A stretch of DNA of 62,203 nt, counting the filler, from Ionaspis alba (taxonomy: Eukaryota): the NCBI GenBank assembly GCA_964255285.1. It is 5 parts of 5 records of this genome, joined end to end, with 100 filler letters (N's around TTAATTAATTAA, not from the genome) between each part and the next. Parts side by side here need not be neighbours in the genome. Positions count along the whole stretch, not along the records: positions 12,517 to 24,878 come from CAXUUL010000513.1; positions 24,979 to 37,329 come from CAXUUL010000514.1; 3 more parts are not named here. One strand, given 5' to 3'. The translations under genes and the position numbers were made by a program. Of this stretch, positions 24,357 to 37,429 are shown one piece after another (position 1 is the first letter of the stretch; every line of letters starts with the position of its first letter). Below the pieces are notes generated by a model that saw only the letters and a program-made list of their open reading frames with translations, was not told the DNA's origin and did not search any database.

Positions 24357-24878
24357 GGCTGGTTGGCGGAGAGGTCATGTCACAAAGAGGGAAACGACTG
24401 GACTGCGTGCGGAGGACAATGATGAAAAGCCGCAGGATCTATCCTGCACTACATCCGCTGCATTATTAGTACGACAAAATAATTACAAGACAGATGATCG
24501 ATGAAGCAGATGTGAGATAAAGACAGGTCGGCGTTCGTCCTCGAGCTAAATGGCTTGAACGTGTTTTTGAGGCGCGATTTTCCGGGGTAAGCACACGCTA
24601 GTGCTGTCAGGAGCGGCGGCTCTTGGCAACGGCCCCCTTTTTCCAACCTTCTCCTGTATGAGCACATTGAGACTCTGGCTCTGGCTCCGTATTGTTGATC
24701 TGGTTCCAAAAATGGTTTATCTTGCTCTGTACTGATTATACTTGCTCAACTACATATCACTTGCGGCTTCGACTTTGGACCTTAATTGGAACTACTATGA
24801 GCAAGCCCCAAGCGCTTATACCATAACGAAGTCAGACTCATGGAGCCATCATGATCACCCAATACTTAATCCACAGCA

Positions 24879-24978
24879 NNNNNNNNNNNNNNNNNNNNNN
24901 NNNNNNNNNNNNNNNNNNNNNNTTAATTAATTAANNNNNNNNNNNNNNNNNNNNNNNNNNNNNNNNNNNNNNNNNNNN
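24879..24978. other. Artificial contig linker N44-TTAATTAATTAA-N44
   Basis: Same linker as at 12417. Confidence 0.97.
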
Positions 24979-25306
24979 TGTACCACCGATTTGTCCCACT
25001 AAGCCTTATATAGAAAAATGCCTAATTCAACAAATTTGAGCTTTTCTCAATAGTAATTTATTAGTAATTGAGCTCTTATTTGTATTCACGAGCATTGAGT
25101 TATTGGAATAATTCTATGAACAAATGAATCGATTAATTGTAGTTAATCTAACTCCCAAAATAACGTTATAAATCGTTGTTCTGCATGTTCTGCATTCTCC
25201 ATGGCCTGTTTTTCTGGAGAATTCATGATTAGCTAATAACTGTAATGGGCCTTTCCTAATAAGGCTTAGTGGTACAATTCGGTGGTAGGTACAAATCGGT
25301 GGTACA
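24979..25306. mobile_element. MITE-like non-autonomous DNA transposon (~330 bp) with terminal inverted repeats
   Basis: Left end TGTACCACCGATTTGTCCCACTAAGCCTTA (24979-25008). Right end TAAGGCTTAGTGGTACAATTCGGTGGTAGGTACAAATCGGTGGTACA (25260-25306). The interior is markedly AT-rich and non-coding, and the element sits at a scaffold end. Confidence 0.75.
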
Positions 25307-25550
25307 GACTCCGATGGCAGTTGGTGAGTCACAACAATGATCGGCGCTCGGCTTCTCCACCGACAAGCTGTCGCAGCCTAGCCAACGGCCAGGGTCTTTT
25401 GTATATAGATGGAAAGGAGCTGCGCGCGTCAATTTACTTTCTTAAGGCCCCAGGCGAGTCGGTAGTTCTGTCAACGAACCCTATTGAGACCTGATATCAT
25501 ACTGTCAATCCACGCCCCCCTTTTCTGCCATAACACTCTTGCCAGCGATC

Positions 25551-26028
25551 ATGGCCGAGACAGCCGAAACCCCTCAGAAGATCTGGTACGAGGCCAATTG
25601 CCATTGCGGCGCTGTCAAATACAAGGTCTTGACCAAGGACATCTCGAAAAAGGCGCTCAATCAATGCAATTGCTCCATCTGTACCAAGAACGGCTATGTC
25701 ACGGTTATTGTGATGCGTGACGAGATCGTCTTCCATCAGGGTCAAGAAACAGTCAAGAGGTATCGTTTCAAGGGTGGGGATAAAGATCATGTTTTCTGTC
25801 CCATCTGCGGGTCGTCGCTGATGATCGATTTGAACGGTACCATGAAGGAGTACTTTGATGGAGATGTTCTGTCTGTCAATGTATGGCGTTCCTAATCCGA
25901 CGAGATGCGCGCAAGGGCTTGGCTGATGGTTTGACCAGGTGCGCATGTTCAAGGACATCGATATGGAGAAGCTCGAGTATAAGACTTTCGATGGAAAGAC
26001 GCTGTTGCCTGGGACCTATGATGTCTGA
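25551..26028 (+). CDS. GFA/CENP-V (Mss4-like) zinc-binding protein
   Basis: Motifs ANCHCGAVKY, CNCSICTKNG and FCPICGS. Intron 25881-25938, then VRMFKDIDMEKL...YDV*. Confidence 0.92.
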
Positions 26029-27801
26029 GGTCTGATGTCGCAAGACTGTTTTGGCCGTCCGCAAGTACTGAGGAACGACTGTGGCTTATTGCCTAAGGAG
26101 TAAGGCTTGAAGATATTTGGCTTAGGTTTCGGCTTGCCTAAGAAGAGAATTTGTCTGGAGTTACCAATGCTCGCTTCACGGAGATGGTCTATGATTCGTC
26201 CCTGATCACATCTCATTGATAGAATTTGGCTCCATCTTTGTTTTGCAGACAACTCGATCGTTCTTACATACTGAGTCGCGCAGCTTGTAGAAGTACTGAA
26301 CCTTGCAATTCAATCCAGAGAACTTCCTGGGATCGTTGGTGAGGATATCTCAAAGCTCAAACAGTGCACTCCATCCCGAACGTCCATAGTAGTTGAAGCA
26401 AGAGACGCCCGGGAGTCTGCCTGCGACTGACATGTGAGATTCGATTCGATTCTGTTTCGATAGCTTGTTGAGCTGTTGGGAACACCGGCAGGCAATATTG
26501 GCGCGAGCACCCAGATAGAGTTAGGATTGCAGGAGCAAATAGCATGGAACTTCGATGAATACTGTCCTAGGGAAGCTCTGCATCGGGCATTGGAGAAGGT
26601 TCTGCCGAGAGCATGTGGCTGGACGCGATAAAAATAACGCTCGATTCATCGCCGGCCAGCAGGGGCCCACTGGAGGCTTGCTCCATTAGTCCATCAATAA
26701 TAATATCCGTACAGGCAGTTTGATCAGAATGACCGAAAGCAGATGAAGACAATGTTAGCCTTGCAAAGATCATCCCAGTATACAGACCATCATCATTGGT
26801 TATTGCCGACCTCTTTCTCCTTCCATGTTGATTCCACAGAACAAGACGACGCTTGTACCTGACGATCGCTGGCATTCTAGTGACTGGGCTGAGGATCTGT
26901 ACCACCAACAACAGCCACCACCACAACCACTACACTAAAGACGGTGACATTGCCCCAGAAGCAATCCGACAAAAGTGCCGAATCTCATCATGACTGGCCA
27001 ATCCTCCTGCTCAACCCAGATCGCAAAGAAGTCCCGTATGCAATGGTAACAATAATGATGATTACGAAACTGTGTTGGAGGAGCCTGTTGTTGTTTGATT
27101 ATGCGCGCATCCATATTCGTGAGTCCCTCACCAGCCACAGGCGCCGCTACAGGGGCTCGGTGGAAAAGGGGTTTAGCGTTAATTGCACCGACGGCTCTAC
27201 TCATCTCGCAGAATCGCTCTCTCCATTGTTGCCTTCTTTTCTCTCTCTTCTTCCTCATCCACTTTGGCCAACTCTCTGGCTCTCCCTTCTTTCAAGTCCC
27301 CCGTTTCTTCTTGCGTTTGCTTGCCTTCTTCTTGTCTCTCATTCAATCTACAATTACTGTATCACTACCGGTATCCTTTCTGCTCCTTCTCCAGCTTCAG
27401 TAATTGCCCTTTAGACCCACCGATCTCCACGATCCTTTGTTCTGTCTGAACACACTGCCTATCCGGCACTGCGACCTGTTCTACTCACTGAAAACAGCCG
27501 GTCCTACCTACCAAAATACAAAGCTTGTAATACCAGAAAGAACACTGTCCGAACCGAAAGGTCTGGACCTTGACCGCTCATTCGAAAGACCTTCAAACCA
27601 AATACTCCTGCATTTCTGCCCGAAGATCGCTTCGATACCTCTACCTTCGACCAATTTCTTTCTGCTGCCGATAATTTCTGCAGCATGCGATTTGTTGCTG
27701 TAAGAAGCAAGAGTCCTCGCCCTATTCCCTCAACACGCAGACGCTGATCGTTGTTGACTCTATAGACCTGGCAATAGATAATTCTGTATCATATCCACAA
27801 C

Positions 27802-27901
27802 NNNNNNNNNNNNNNNNNNNNNNNNNNNNNNNNNNNNNNNNNNNNNNNNNNNNNNNNNNNNNNNNNNNNNNNNNNNNNNNNNNNNNNNNNNNNNNNNNNN
27901 N
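27802..27901. other. Scaffold gap (100 N)
   Basis: N run with a short TCCACAAC overlap on both sides. Confidence 0.95.
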
Positions 27902-28067
27902 TCCACAACTACATCTGCCGTTTTGACAAATTCCAACGTCCCATTTCTTGGTACCATATACCTCTCACAAAATCCAGGATCTCAAGATCCGGACTATCTG
28001 ATCCACAACGGCTGCTGTAGCTTCCAACCCACGGGACGGCCTTTCCCTCCCGCCCCATCTCCTTGCC

Positions 28068-30692
28068 ATGCAGACACAGGAATCCAACGGCTCCAATCCG
28101 ACAATGTCGACAGCTGGCAGGTTCTCCTCCTTTTCCAGGCCTGCTAACCTGAACGATCATACCGGATTTTCGCATGGAGCTTTCACTTCCAATCAGCAAT
28201 CGATAGGTGGCTACGCTGATCGACATTCCCGTCGTGGAAATCTTCCTGCTTCGCTCAACAGCGCAGCCTTTGGACAAAACAATCAGCAGAGTCACGGCGA
28301 GATGACGCCCGGTACCGCGTTCGATATGAACTTTACACCGCTTCTCCCGTCCCAGTTACTTTTGGGAAGTCCATTCCAACCTGGTAGCCCTTCAAATTAT
28401 GCTTCTCCCCAATTTGCGAGCTTCGCAAACTTCCAGCAACAGGGCAATCAGCATCAACAAAATCAGCAGAACTATGTCAACAGTTCCTTGCAGCACCAGC
28501 ACTCTACTCTTTCGCCTCAACTATATCAGGGTATGCATTCTCCGACGGGATTTGGAGGACAGCAATATCTCGCAGGTCCGCAATCCCCAACATTTGGTAA
28601 TGTGGGAGGCCAGAACTTCGGCAGTGCCCCTGCACCGATGCAGCTGGCGCCTGGCATGGTCCATGGAACGAGCAGGACTGTGTATCTGGGAAACATTCCA
28701 CCGGAGACTTCGGCTGAGGAAATTCTGGGCCATGTCAGGAGCGGTCAGATCGAATCAGTGCGCCTTTTGCCTGACAAGAATTGCGCTTTCATTTCCTTCC
28801 TTGATGGTAGCTCTGCCACCCATTTCCACTCCGACGCCATCTTGAAGAAGCTTTCCGTCCGGGGCCAAGACATCAAGATTGGTTGGGGAAAGCCGTCTCA
28901 GGTGCCAACGTCCGTCGCACTCGCAGTACAGCAGTCGGGCGCTTCAAGAAATGTTTATCTTGGGAATCTGCCAGAGGATGTTACAGAGGCGGAATTGCGA
29001 GAAGACCTCGGCAAGTTTGGTTCCATTGATACCGTCAAGATCGTTCGTGAAAAGTCGATCGGCTTCGTCCACTTCCTTTCGATCGGTAATGCCATCAAAG
29101 CTGTATCTCAGTTGCCTCAGGAATCCAAGTGGCAAGCTCCTCGTCGTGTGTACTATGGCAAAGATCGCTGTGCCTACGTTTCGAAAACACAACAGCAGAA
29201 TGCAGCCCAGTATCTTGGAATTGCACCTGGCTATTCTCACGTGCTCAACGGTGCAGATAGAGATCTCATCTCGAATGCACTTGCACAACAATCCGTCGCA
29301 GCAGCCGCTGTAGCGACGACTGCCGGAGGAGTAAGCAATTTGGGTAACCGCACTGTCTATCTTGGGAACATTCATCCGGAGACGACCATCGAGGAGATCT
29401 GTAATGTGGTTAGAGGTGGGCTTCTGCATCACATTCGCTACATTCCTGATAAGCATATTTGCTTTGTCACTTTCATTGATCCTACTTCTGCAGCGTCGTT
29501 CTATGCATTAAGCAATCTTCAAGGCCTGATGATCCACAACCGACGTCTGAAGATTGGTTGGGGCAAACACTCTGGCGCACTTCCTCCAGCTATCGCACTT
29601 GCTGTGAGCGGAGGTGCTTCTCGGAATGTCTATGTTGGCAATCTCGATGAAACATGGACCGAAGAGCGTCTCCGGCAGGACTTCTCGGAGTATGGTGAGA
29701 TCGAGCTCGTCAACACACTGCGTGAGAAGAGCTGCGCCTTTGTCAACTTCACGAACATTGCCAATGCCATCAAAGCTATTGAAGCCATCCGTGGCCGTGA
29801 AGAGTACCGCCGCTTCAAGATCAACTTCGGCAAAGACCGTTGCGGTAACCCGCCTCGCCAAAACAACATCCAGCAGCAGCAGCAGCATGGACAGCAGCAG
29901 CACCAACAGCAACAGCACCTGCAAGCCGGGACCATGATCGGCGGACGCGAAAGCATCTCCCAATCCCCCCTTAGTACCGCATTACCCAACGGATCCTCCA
30001 CCTCACCTACCCGCGCTGCCCTCTCCCCACCCCCCGGCTCCACAGGCTCGCACTCTCAAAACGGCATATCGGCGCCCTTCCAACCGCATCACGGCCCCAC
30101 TCCCTCCGCCATCCTCAACGCAGGCAGCAACAACCCACTGACCATGTACCTCAACCAGGTTTCGCAACAAGCCCAGCAAGACTCCGAACCCCGAGCACCC
30201 ACAGATCCCTATTCCGTCGCTGCCCTTCAGCAACAACAGCAGTCCGTCCTCGCAGCCCAACAAGCCGCCCTCTACGGCCCCTCGACTGGTGATCTCCTCA
30301 ACGGTTCTGTGCTCGAGCCCCCGCACTCCACCCACAGCAACTCCACTTCATACTCCGCAGCCCAGGGTCTCAACGGCTTTACACCGTCTACCGCTACCAC
30401 CATTGGCGGACTTCTTGCGCCTGCTCGTGCTTCCCACGCCCGTGCAGTTTCTCTTCCAGTTTTCTCGCCAGAGGTCTTCGGTAATGGCGTCAATGTGCAG
30501 GGTCAGGGACAGGCTGCACCGCAAGGTGGCGTGTTTCAAGGTCAGGGCTTGCAGCCGCCGAACTCGCATCGTCAGCAGCAGAGTAGCTTCTCGGGGATGA
30601 GTACGGGCTTTGGCGGGTTCGGGAGCCAGGGCTTTGGACTCGCGGCGGTCGGGGAGAGGGGGTTGAGTGGGTGGGCGGAAGAGAGTGCTTAG
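28068..30692 (+). CDS. nrd1: Four-RRM RNA-binding protein, Nrd1 (S. pombe negative regulator of differentiation)/Mrn1 family
   Basis: Four RRMs beginning RTVYLGNIP, RNVYLGNLP, RTVYLGNIH and RNVYVGNLD, with KIGWGK and GKDRC motifs. Q/N/S/G-rich termini. Confidence 0.92.
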   Translation: MQTQESNGSNPTMSTAGRFSSFSRPANLNDHTGFSHGAFTSNQQSIGGYADRHSRRGNLPASLNSAAFGQNNQQSHGEMTPGTAFDMNFTPLLPSQLLLGSPFQPGSPSNYASPQFASFANFQQQGNQHQQNQQNYVNSSLQHQHSTLSPQLYQGMHSPTGFGGQQYLAGPQSPTFGNVGGQNFGSAPAPMQLAPGMVHGTSRTVYLGNIPPETSAEEILGHVRSGQIESVRLLPDKNCAFISFLDGSSATHFHSDAILKKLSVRGQDIKIGWGKPSQVPTSVALAVQQSGASRNVYLGNLPEDVTEAELREDLGKFGSIDTVKIVREKSIGFVHFLSIGNAIKAVSQLPQESKWQAPRRVYYGKDRCAYVSKTQQQNAAQYLGIAPGYSHVLNGADRDLISNALAQQSVAAAAVATTAGGVSNLGNRTVYLGNIHPETTIEEICNVVRGGLLHHIRYIPDKHICFVTFIDPTSAASFYALSNLQGLMIHNRRLKIGWGKHSGALPPAIALAVSGGASRNVYVGNLDETWTEERLRQDFSEYGEIELVNTLREKSCAFVNFTNIANAIKAIEAIRGREEYRRFKINFGKDRCGNPPRQNNIQQQQQHGQQQHQQQQHLQAGTMIGGRESISQSPLSTALPNGSSTSPTRAALSPPPGSTGSHSQNGISAPFQPHHGPTPSAILNAGSNNPLTMYLNQVSQQAQQDSEPRAPTDPYSVAALQQQQQSVLAAQQAALYGPSTGDLLNGSVLEPPHSTHSNSTSYSAAQGLNGFTPSTATTIGGLLAPARASHARAVSLPVFSPEVFGNGVNVQGQGQAAPQGGVFQGQGLQPPNSHRQQQSSFSGMSTGFGGFGSQGFGLAAVGERGLSGWAEESA

Positions 30693-31909
30693 GTTTGTAG
30701 TTGTGGTTGGGTTTGGTTGGGGAATAGGCTGGTTGGGGTGGAATTCGTTGTGCATACTTTTTCCCGCTTCTCTTTTGTCTTGGAGATTCTTCTTTGCTTC
30801 TGGGTTTGGTAACCCGTTTGCGCTGCTCATGCTTTTATTACTCCCTCACTTGTGCTTCGCTGTCCACTTGAATCGAGCTTGCTGTTGCGAGTATATACCC
30901 GTCTACTTTGGATAAAACCTAATCTTGTCTTCTCGTCATATTTTGCTTCTTTGGTATAGACTGTGCGGATTTTGCTTTCTTGGCTCTGTTAATCCTGTGG
31001 TCGATTGGTTGGAAGTGGAGACTGGGAAAAGGAAGCGTCGTGTGCTTATCAGAGCGATGTAGGACTATGGAGATCGAGTCTCAGTGGGGCTGCTCGTAAG
31101 AGGAGCGAGAGTAAAGATTTGTTTTAGGATATAGATGAGAAGCTCCCAGGGCCCTGATACCTCAGAAGAGAAAATGGCTATCCCACATTTGTTCCATGAT
31201 CACTTTGGTCCTATGTAGAGTATTGTCTAAAATCTGGCTAGGTTGAGTAAATTTAGATGAGATAACACTCAAGACTTAGTAGAGCAAGAACACGGCACGA
31301 CTTTGCAATGAGCCTCCCTTCTGAAATATGAACAGTTGTAACGAGAAGAGCTAGACGTCATCGTATTCTTTCTTTCTTTATTTATTTAGTGAACATCTAT
31401 GCAAGCCGTGCTACGAACAAACAACTCCATCAACTTTGTAAGTAAGCCCTGCTCTTCCAGGCCAGAAAAAACATTTTCCCGCTCATTCGACTCCGTCCCC
31501 CAAATCCTGCTCAAACAAGCTCCACCCTCCATATCCAGAAGCGACACATACATGATCCAGAGTATTTTTCTGTAGAAAGAAGCCCCTGTAGATGAGCCCG
31601 AGTACCCAGCCAGCCAGCCCGCTAGCCGACATTCGCTCTCGAGAAGAAGAAAAGATTGGGGTTTCATATAAAGAAGAGGCGAATTCGAGGGTATGCCGTG
31701 ATGCTACAAACAAGCAAGCCCGCAGCGGGGTATAAGTTCCATACAATCCGACATGACAATCGCCAGACCCTCTCAGTATATCCGAGGCGGAACTTTGACG
31801 GTGTACCACCAGTCCTTCTCTGTTGCCAATCGACAATGTACCCCGATGTTGCCTTAAAAACGCCCTTATTGCGAGTTGATATACAGAATTCCGTATGCTA
31901 CCTTTCATG

Positions 31910-34900
31910 TCATCTCTGGAGCAGCGATCAGCACACTGCCAAATCATTTCCAATGTACAAGACGCATCGGGGAAGACTTACCCTTCCTCTTCTCCCTCCC
32001 GCTTGCTGCTGCTGCTGCTGCATCCCCTGCTGCGGGAAATACATCCCCTGATATGGCGCATACCCACCCATCATACCTCCACTAACCATGGGTCCAAAAC
32101 CTGGAGGCGCATACCCGGCATGCTGCATCATGGGACTCGAACTCACCTGTTGTGGCATCGGGGATGGCTGGGTCTGGCGAAAATTGTCAAAGGAGGGCGC
32201 GGGGGAGGGATAGCCACCGTAGACGTTGCCGGGTGAGATGCCCCGCCCTTGAGCGGCGAGGAGCGCTTGCTGGTATTGCATTTGCTGTTGGGAAACAGCG
32301 TTGGGGGCGGCATAAATGGGACTGGAGATGCTGAATTGGTCGTAATTGGGGTCGAGGGCAACTGGGGAATTGTATTGCTGCTGAGAAAGGAATTGGGCAC
32401 TATTCTGGCGTTCCAGAGGCGAGTGCTGCATCTGCCCGTTGCGAGATCCTTGCTGCGAAATCGGTCGGCTCCGCTCGTGGTAGGGCGTGTTGCCGTTGGA
32501 GTGCTGATGATCGCGCTCGGGTTTGCCGCTTACACGTGATGAAAGCCCAACTTCGTCCATGAGGCGCTTGTAACCTTGCGAAGGGGATGCTTTGAGCTGC
32601 GTGAGGACGTTGCGGACATTTTGAACGACTTCAGAGCGCATGGTTTCGTCGAAGAAGGGCGTGGTGAGGATTTTGAAGATGAAGGTTGCACCGCAGGATT
32701 GGTCGCTAAGGATGTCTTCGAGGGTCTTGTCGTTGGGAGAGAAGAAGAGAGCTTGGAGAACAGCGTCGCGTGCCTCGGGTTCGTTGCGCTGGTTGATGAC
32801 CTTCAAGACGGTGAGATATGCGACCTTGTGAGTGCAAAGGTGGACAAGATGAGGGACTAGTCTTGGAGCAAGCATGGTCCTTCGACGAGGGAATGTGCAG
32901 GTGTCCAAGAACCAGGTCAAGAGGAGGGCTCCGTTGGCGTTGGTAGCCAATTGAACGCTATGCAGAGCAATAGCCGACGCGAGCATTCGTTGTTGGTCTT
33001 TGGTCGAGTGATGACTTTCGAGACACGCTCGCATTGCTCTTGCACCGAACCTGCCTTGAGCGATTTCCCAAAGCTGGTTGAGCATAGATTCGAAAATGAA
33101 GTTGTTCCATGGATACCCAAATCGTAGGCAGCACTGAAGGACATAGTTCCCGTACTGATCGAGGAACAAAGCGACGGTGTAGGGCCTTAGACTGTTGATG
33201 ATCATCGATATCTGATTAGGTGTCTTGGCCACATCAATGATCTTCTGGGCTGCCCAAGTCCCGTTCTTGTGGACACCAATCTCAGCAAGATGAGGAGCAA
33301 TTTCCGCGAGCATGGCTTCTTTGACAGCTTCAGAGCAGTACTCAAAGAGCTTTTGCACCACGGTGTTGCCGAGATAGTCCGAGGAAAGCTCTGCGATCTC
33401 AGGTAGCATGCCCATTGCAATTTCTTCAATTTCAGCCTGTGAGATCACATTGTTATCAATCCTCTTTCGAATCTCTCTCAATTTAGGTGCATCGTGTAAT
33501 CTGGTGTGACTGGGCTCTGGAACTGTAGGTATCTCCGTCACGAAATCGTTAAAAGCTGTTGCAGCGTCGATACTCGCAGCTATGGTTGGCAAATCTTGCT
33601 CGTTTGCTCCGAACTGTTGGACGATTTGGAGCATCTCTTCTCTTAGCTCCGATAGTTTCGGGACCTGAAGAGCTGCGGCAGCACTATCGGCGAGCGCTCC
33701 GTTCATTTGCTGAACACCATTCAAGCCGTTCGGGTTGACTTGGTCACTACGACCGTCAAGACCTTTGCTATGGGGGTCCGGACTTGGAGATGGATATGCT
33801 CCGTGATGACCAGGCGTGCCTCCCGAGGACGCTGAAGGGGCCTTGGCGTACCCGATCCTCACGGGACCGGCACCAGGAAATATCTCCTTTCCATTCAAGG
33901 TGGCTTTCGCCCTTATTGCACAATCAATATCCTCGTAGTTGACGAAGCCGCAGTTTTTCTGTACAAGAACTCTTGTAGACTCGATTTTGCCAAAACCACC
34001 GAAGATTGCTTGAAGAGAGGAGACTGTCGTGGACGTGGGAATGCTACCGAGCCATAGAGCCCGTGTCGGACCTTCCAGTCCATGGTCCTCGGACGCCTCG
34101 GCCATCTGCTGGCCACCAAGACCCGACAAGTGGAGGGCTCTGACAGCTTCCGGAAGTCCATCGTATTCGGAACTGTCTAACCTACTAAAGTCCGAAGCCA
34201 GCATACTGTTTTCTAATTTTGAAGGCATCGCGAGATAGCCTCTTCCTGAACTTCGGAGAGGTGAATCGAGCACACCAGCAGTGCGAGCTCTCGGACGACT
34301 CGCAGATGCTTGATTCGCAAAAGCTTGGACGGCCAGATTGTGCTGATGAATCTGCTGCTGGGTTGCTGCAAGTGCTGCAGCCGCCGAGGCCGCTGACGGT
34401 GTCAACGTCCCGCTGTGAAGACCAGAATATCGTCCACCATTACTATAATCGTCCTCTTCATCTTCTGCATATTTCTCTTTGGCGTTGACAGAATATGAGC
34501 GGTATCGACTCAGGTTCTTATTGAAGTTGGCGAGATCTGTGAGGAAAGGGGGTAGCATGGGAGTGGTGGCAATACCGGGCAACCCAGCCGAATTTGGTTG
34601 TGCCATTGTGGCCCGGCTTTGTTGCGGAGTTTCCGCAAGTCCGAGATAGTCGAGGGTTTTCACGTCTGTGTCAGCAAGACTGTCTCGGGAAAAGTGTGAC
34701 TGAGCTGGAGACTCAGGACCCTCGGACGACCGAATGCTCGTTAGAGTAGTACCTCTCTCTCTCCCAGTACCCCAACTCGAAGAGAAGAGAGACGATCCGA
34801 AGGGACTTGTTGATCCCAGATAGCTTGCTCGTTGGGGCATCGATCCAGCACGTAGCCTCGACAGTAATGAAGAAGTCGAGGGTGCGCTGCTCTGTGATTT

Positions 34901-35540
34901 GTTCTCGTTACTACTCTCTAGGGACAGTAAGGAGATTGGTCGAAAGGGGCTCGTCGAAGGCGTCGGACGAGATGTCCTTGGCATTAGAGATTGAGGAGGA
35001 TTTGTTCCAGTCATTAGGTTTGCTGGCGAAAATCTGGAGGGTACGGTCCCAGCCCGCGCTCTCCGGGCGGTAGGCTGTGTATTGGTCTCAACAGCTGGAG
35101 GCGTGAAATCGGGAAACCCATCTTGACTTGGGGATTCGGGAATAGTCTCCCTCAGAGGTGTGGAGCCACCACTGGCAGGAGGACCCCAAAGGTTCGGGGT
35201 CGTTAGCCCTTCTTGCGCTTGTATTTCCCGTGCCCTGTCATCGACCGGCAGAGTTAGTGATTGCAACGCTAGTAGCCAGCGGAGGCACTGACCTTTTGGT
35301 GTATAAACGACTGCCGAGCTCGTGCGATGGGGAACCAGCCCCGAGTCGAGAAGAGCCGCCAGAATTGTTCATGGTACCCAGAGGATTCGGATTTCCAAAA
35401 GGCGATCGGCTGCTCAGGGAGGGAGGTTCGATGGGCGATGTGTTGGCTGTGGAAGAACCAGATCGAGGTTGGGTGGCCGATATTTGCGGAAGGTAATTGA
35501 GGTTGAGATGATGGTCCGGTCGTGAAGACATCGGCATCAT
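31910..35540 (-). CDS. JSN1: Pumilio-family RNA-binding protein with an RRM (Jsn1/Puf1 class)
   Basis: RRM TRALWLGSIP..CGFVNY..VRIGYAK. PUF repeats SDYLGNTVVQK, HKNGTWAAQK and DQYGNYVLQC. Intron ~35236-35292 gives KR|AREIQA. A final intron 31916-31981 gives GGRRGRR*. Confidence 0.94.
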
Positions 35541-37329
35541 CGACTGTGTGTGCGACGAGTACAGAGAACCAATATCCTTCTATGGAGACCTTGTTGTGTA
35601 AGCCTGCGTTTCGATCCGTCTCCACCTCCTTTTGTGTAGTAGGTCTTCGAGCGTCACCAAACCAACATAAATTTTGTACAACGAATAAGTCTGAATTGAA
35701 GTAGAATTATGTGGATTGAGTGTTCGAATAGATGTTGTGACGTTGGCTTTGACGAGATCGATCAAGATCTGGAGTGATCGTCCGCTACCAAGGCGCAATG
35801 TGTCCCAAGACGGTGTCTCCGAGGCTGATTATTGCAGTCGTTGTTGTCAATTCCGTATGTGTCGAGACGTCGCGTCAAGGCTGAGGGAGCCACGACAATT
35901 GCCCTATTGTTTCGAGCACGGAATTCGATGAGGCTTGCAGGTGCAGGACAGACTTCGGCCGCGTGCACGAACAGATATGATTCGTCAATCGGACTTGGTG
36001 ATGAAGATGGCTGCGACTTGTATGAGGCTAGTATGTACAATTGGAGGCGACCAAAGGAAGTTAGGAGCCGTGGATGTCGAATCCAAGCTGGCGAGCTGTG
36101 GAAGGAAATGAAGGCGATCAACGGCCTGCGAGTAAATCGGACCTGTAGCGAAGAAGAGTAATCGTCGTCGTAGCAGTAGCAGTATTAGGATTACATGTGT
36201 CGTTTGACGATGATGACCAGTCGTTAAATGGTAAGGAGTGTCGGGGTTGAAAACGCTGGAGAAAAAAGTCGAGGTTTCGTGGAGGAGTGGTAGAAGTGGT
36301 AGTAGGAGGAGGACGTAAGTGCAGGTCAGGGGAGAGCAAGAAGTGCGTTAATACTACTGCTGCGTCGAATGGGTGCTGCTGCTGGTGCTGCTGCTGCGCA
36401 GGCGTCAGGTCAGAGTTTCCCGGTGATTGGTGGCTCTAGTGTTCCGCCTTCCTGTCCATGCACGGGTGCCCTCGAGTCGTTGTCCTCCAGACGCCTGCAA
36501 TTATAATCCCGTTCTCTTGGGACACCTGTCGATCGATCGTCTACCTCAAACGGGTTGATGTTCTTAACGTACCAAACAGAATAATTATCTTTTCCCTTGA
36601 CGACAGTGATAAAGGCGGAGGATGAATGAAGTGTCTGGTAGATGAACCACTCGTGAGATCGAATCGAGGACAACAAATGACAGATCCTTCAGCCAAGTTT
36701 AAGTGGCCCGCAGTTGCGGCGTGAGAGAGTGACTGAAACTGTGGCCCGGGACGTAGCTGGATGGAAGAGGGATCCAAGTTACGGGAAACCAAGAATGTAA
36801 TAATGGGGCCATGACCTCCCACGCCTCTACTACTATCCTACGCTGTCTGTACCGTTCTGATTCGCCATTAGAGAGAGGACAATTGTGTACGTGTGTTGGT
36901 CTCCACTCCTCGGATGTATTTACGGTGCAGAATAGGCTCCGATGACTTGCAGTAAGCCAAGGAGGAGACCCGACCCGACCCTCCCGTTGTATACACACAC
37001 ACGTATATATGCTTCATCTTAGAGTATTACGTCGAACATGCAGGATTAGGAATCGACTAGAATACTCCGACGCCCTAGATATGCAGCTCTATACTATTGC
37101 CGGAGCTCAATCAAGCACACATCCCGATACACAGACGGGTCTGATTAAAACCTCCATTGTCATCAACCTCTTACTACGACGGCTAGAGATGTCTCCTAGA
37201 AAGCTGTCCACTTCTCCACGCCAGGCTGGCCCGTAGGAAAGCAGGCAAAGCAACAGAGACAGTTGGAACAACAACAGTCATGGGGCGGGCACAAGCAGGC
37301 ATTTCCACCACATTTGACCCCCTGTGCTC

Positions 37330-37429
37330 NNNNNNNNNNNNNNNNNNNNNNNNNNNNNNNNNNNNNNNNNNNNTTAATTAATTAANNNNNNNNNNNNNNN
37401 NNNNNNNNNNNNNNNNNNNNNNNNNNNNN
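37330..37429. other. Artificial contig linker N44-TTAATTAATTAA-N44
   Basis: Same linker as at 12417. Confidence 0.97.
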
